Assembly (NCBI GenBank): GCA_013239625.1 | Contig: MU053934.1 | Span: 3,180,399-3,244,398, forward strand | DNA length: 64,000 nt | Source: Lama guanicoe | Lineage: Eukaryota | Reading direction: 5' to 3' | Part shown: positions 60,693-64,000 of the stretch, one piece after another | Layout of the letters: the number at the start of each line of letters is the position of its first letter | Position numbering within the stretch: position 1 is the first letter of the stretch | Notes under the pieces: generated by a model | Seen by the model: the letters and a program-made list of their open reading frames with translations, nothing else | Told to the model about the DNA's origin: nothing | Database searches by the model: none | Position numbers and translations under genes: made by a program

Positions 60693-63600
60693 CTGAAAGG
60701 CAGCACCGAGAAGGGGTGACAGATCAGCGTGGAGGCTCAGAGCTGCCCCTCTAAGTTCCAGCACAGGCCCCCAGTCCCTTTTCCACCTCCTCCCAGGGGT
60801 CCTGTGCCAGCAGCACTCTGGGGTCCCTGTTATATACAAGAAGGGAGGTGGTAGGTGGCAAGAGAGGGAGGGGGCTGGAGGGCCTGGAAGGAGGGAGACG
60901 GGAGAAACAAGGAAGTGGGGGTAGGAGGAACAGTCTTAAGACAGTAGGCAGAGAAGGGAGACTGGAGAGTTAACGGGTCAGGTCCGCATACACACGCACA
61001 CACACACACACACATCCCAGCACACTCGTGTCCATGCTCGTCCACCTCCCTGCACAACCACGTGCCCCTACATGAGCCGGAACTCCACGGCATGCACACA
61101 GACAGGTGTGTAACACACACACACAAGCACACCTACAGTCTTGTGTATGACAACGGGCCCATACACACATGGCCACGTACCTAAGCAGCCACCCTCCAAT
61201 CCAGAAAAGAATTAAGAAGCCCAGCAAAATGCCTCCTCTCCTCCATGCCCAAAGATAAATAATTCATTTGTTGTGTAACTGCTCTTGTTCCAAAAATAAT
61301 TCCCTTGACTTGGCTTCCTTGGGGGAGGGGGAGCAGAGCATGGCTGTGGGGCCCCCCAGGAAGGGGGATGCAGAGGCTGGGGTCTCCCGCAGTTGGAGGG
61401 CACAAGATGAGCTCATCCTGCAGGCAGGAGCAGAGCCCAAAGAAAGAGAGGGAGAGACTCTGGGAAGCCAGACACAGCGCCGATATCCCCTCCCGCAAGT
61501 GCTTTCCAGTAGAGGGCCCAGATCCTGCAGGGGGCCTCAGGCAGGGGAAGAAGCCAGAAGCGTCTGGAATCGTGTGTCCAGAGCCCAGTATCCCCTCAAT
61601 GGCTGGAGATCAGAGGACCAGAGATGGGCAGGGACCTGCCTGGAGTCACACAACCGCCTGGGCCGGGATTGAGGCTCCAGAGTCAGCAGGTCTGGAGCCC
61701 AGTCCACCCTGCCCAATTACCCAGGTGGAGCATACCACCTCTGAGTCTGTTTCTACATCTCTATAGCGGGGACCATGGCCCTGCCTGGCCATCTGATGGA
61801 GGTAGATGTAAAGTGGGCATGCTGCCCCTGCTCAGGATGCAGAGGGGCAGGAGAGGCGGTGCAGGGCTGCCAAGCCCACGGACCCTCATTTTCCAAGTGG
61901 GGAAACTGAACCCCAGTCTCAGGGGGACTTGCCTCGGTCACCCAGCAGGCTAGACACGGCCACTCATCCAGATCAGTCTCGAGCTTACACCCGGTGCTCT
62001 GCTGACTGCAGGAAGGGCTCGGTCCTCCCTCCCTCCACCCTAGGCAGTGGCCAGGGATATGAAGATTAGGCCAGAGAAATCCATGTTTGGGTAAAGAAAG
62101 CCGAAGACTATCATGAGAGCCACCTCTGCCTCCTGCTCCTCCTCCTGGGAAACTCCAGGAGAGAGCGCTTTAGAAAAAATGTTAAACCTTTGCTGTTAAA
62201 GCAAAAGCAATTTACAGTCCTGAGCCCCAGAAGGCTGGGACAGAGGCAAGGGACGTGAAGAGGGATAAAAGTCCCTAAAGAAGCCCAGGCAAGCAGCCTT
62301 TGTCGAGGTGGCAAGTGAGCAGGGCATCCAGGTGACCCCTCAGATGAAAGGCTGATGCAGCGTCAGAGGCTGTTGATGATCAAGGTCTTCAGGGGAGTCA
62401 GCCTCACACCTCCCGGTCCCCTGCACGGCCAGCTTGGGCTGAGAGGCCGGACAGTGGGCAGGGAGGGGATAACCACGAGGCTGTCAGGCAAGAAGGGTAC
62501 ACAGGCAGCAGAGAGCATTTTTGTCCTTGGCTGTGTCATCCAGTCTCAGGGCTGGAGTCAGGAGTCCTGGGCTCCCGTCCAATGTGGCCACTGGCTCCTA
62601 GGGGGCCTCAGGCCAGTCCTCCCCCTCTCAGGGCCTCAGTTCCCCTCCTCCTCAGGCATAGAGGTTACACTCGGGGAGGCTGAGTTGCCAAGATCGCTCT
62701 GTCAGAAAATCCTCCAACTGCACCTCCTCCGACTGGGAATGTCTGGGGATCGCATTTGTATGCAGGTGCACACACAGGTGCGTGCCGGCTCGCAGCACCA
62801 GAGCAGGGGTGTGCTGACGTGTACGAGCCGATGGGTATGCGGGCAGGTGTGCTTGCACACGTATGTCCCTGTGCACAGGATGTGTGCCTCTGTGGCCAGC
62901 TACAGGAGTGCTCTCGAGTGAACGAGGGCATGCCCGTGTGGAGGGTGGGAAGAGATGTGTCTCAGGGGAACACAGGCACACACTTGCCTGTATGTCAGCA
63001 TGTTAAGCACACGTGTGTTTTACAGGACTATGTGTGTGAGTATGTACGCACATGCGCAATTTTAGCTGCATCGAGCGCCCCCTATCTTCAGATCTGAGTT
63101 GCTCAAACCAGCACCTGCTCAGCCAGGCTGCGGCAAAGCTGAGCTGGCCTGAGCCTCAGAAATCCCAGACCAGGCTGAGAGTGTATGAAGAAGCAGAGGG
63201 GAGGGGAGTAGGAGAAGGTGACCAGGCTGTGGGGGAAGGGTGCTGCACTAGCCCTGGCCCACCTCTTCCCTTCCCAGTCCAGGGGGCACAGAGGCGTACC
63301 ATGGCCCTACCCCAGCCACCCTGAGCTCTGCCCACCTGGTCCCCCAAGGTGACCCTGCCCTCTCTCCTGTTCCTTCTGGTCTCCAGGATGACTTGGGCCA
63401 GGGCCCAGCTCCCCCCACCCCCCATCCTCCCCCGTGACTCAGACAGAGCCGGAGGAAGCTCCCCATCACCCTGTCCTGTGTGCGTCAGCCTCCTGTCCCT
63501 GTCCCTGGGCTGCCTGCCCACCACCCATCGAGGCCTGACACAGCCAGGGAGCAGGGATAGCAAGGCCAGGAAGGCACTGACAGCAGCACTTGGTCCCTGG

Positions 63601-64000
63601 CTGGGCTGCACACCCACTGGAGGTGCGGGGAGGGGTATGCCGGCTGCCCTCCTGTCAGGCCCGAGGCTGAGGGTCCTGGGGGACACACCCTTCCCCTGCT
63701 CCCTCAGAGTGATGCTCCAGCACAGACGCTGGTGGGAGGAGCTTGGTCCAACCCCATACACACTAGGGGAGGGGGGCAGGTGAGAGAGAGAAAGGAAGTG
63801 AGGGAGCTGCAGACAGGAGGCAAGAGCTGAGGAGGAGAGAAAAGCAAAAATATGGAGACAGTTGAGCAGGGAGAGGCAGAGGAATTGAGATAAATGGAGA
63901 GGGCACATCTGACACAGAGAAATCGATCTGCAGAAAAGCACAGCAAAATGACAAATACAGGGAGTGCAAAGGAGGGGACCCAGTGCCTGCTGCCCACTCC
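60693..64000 (-). other. ELFN2: Inferred ELFN2 intron (upstream non-coding exons and promoter lie outside the window)
   Basis: Non-coding sequence with MIR fragments and CA/GT repeats upstream of the acceptor; no CpG-island promoter in this part of the window. Confidence 0.6.

Noticed and set aside
59526..60719. 397-aa + strand ORF and other ORFs overlapping ELFN2 (e.g. 58843-59583)
   Set aside because: Antisense or alternate-frame shadows of a GC3-rich CDS with no recognisable domains.
63156..63941. 261-aa minus-strand ORF, and similar GC-rich ORFs at 22659-23360, 24506-25093 and 55153-55833
   Set aside because: Low-complexity GC-rich or microsatellite-containing open frames with no domain signature.

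Overview
Mammalian genomic DNA, most likely a camelid: a Vic-1-like tRNA-derived SINE lies at ~26240 and an artiodactyl-type L1 3' end at ~34060-34950. The only convincing protein-coding gene is ELFN2 (PPP1R29/LRRC62) on the minus strand. Its whole 820-aa CDS (57762-60224) lies in one large terminal exon, with a ~5 kb 3'UTR ending at a poly(A) signal at 52801-52806. The remaining ~52 kb 3' of ELFN2 is non-coding: two orphan CpG islands, enhancer-like AT-rich islands, many old repeats (MIR, L2, L3, L1M, MER, MLT/LTR16), two solo LTRs, a perfect 7x133-bp array and a local four-copy repeat family (46.3-52.4 kb) with a homogenised core. The most interesting signal is three separate MYB-motif + RFX X-box modules (13444-13478, 42608-42718 and 56346-56385 inside the ELFN2 3'UTR). 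This is the motif grammar of A-MYB/RFX2-driven meiotic promoters and suggests a pachytene piRNA / testis lncRNA locus overlapping and converging on ELFN2. That is inference from motifs plus recalled synteny; there are no expression data here. Repeat family names are by-eye recognitions and their boundaries are approximate unless TSDs or TIRs are quoted.
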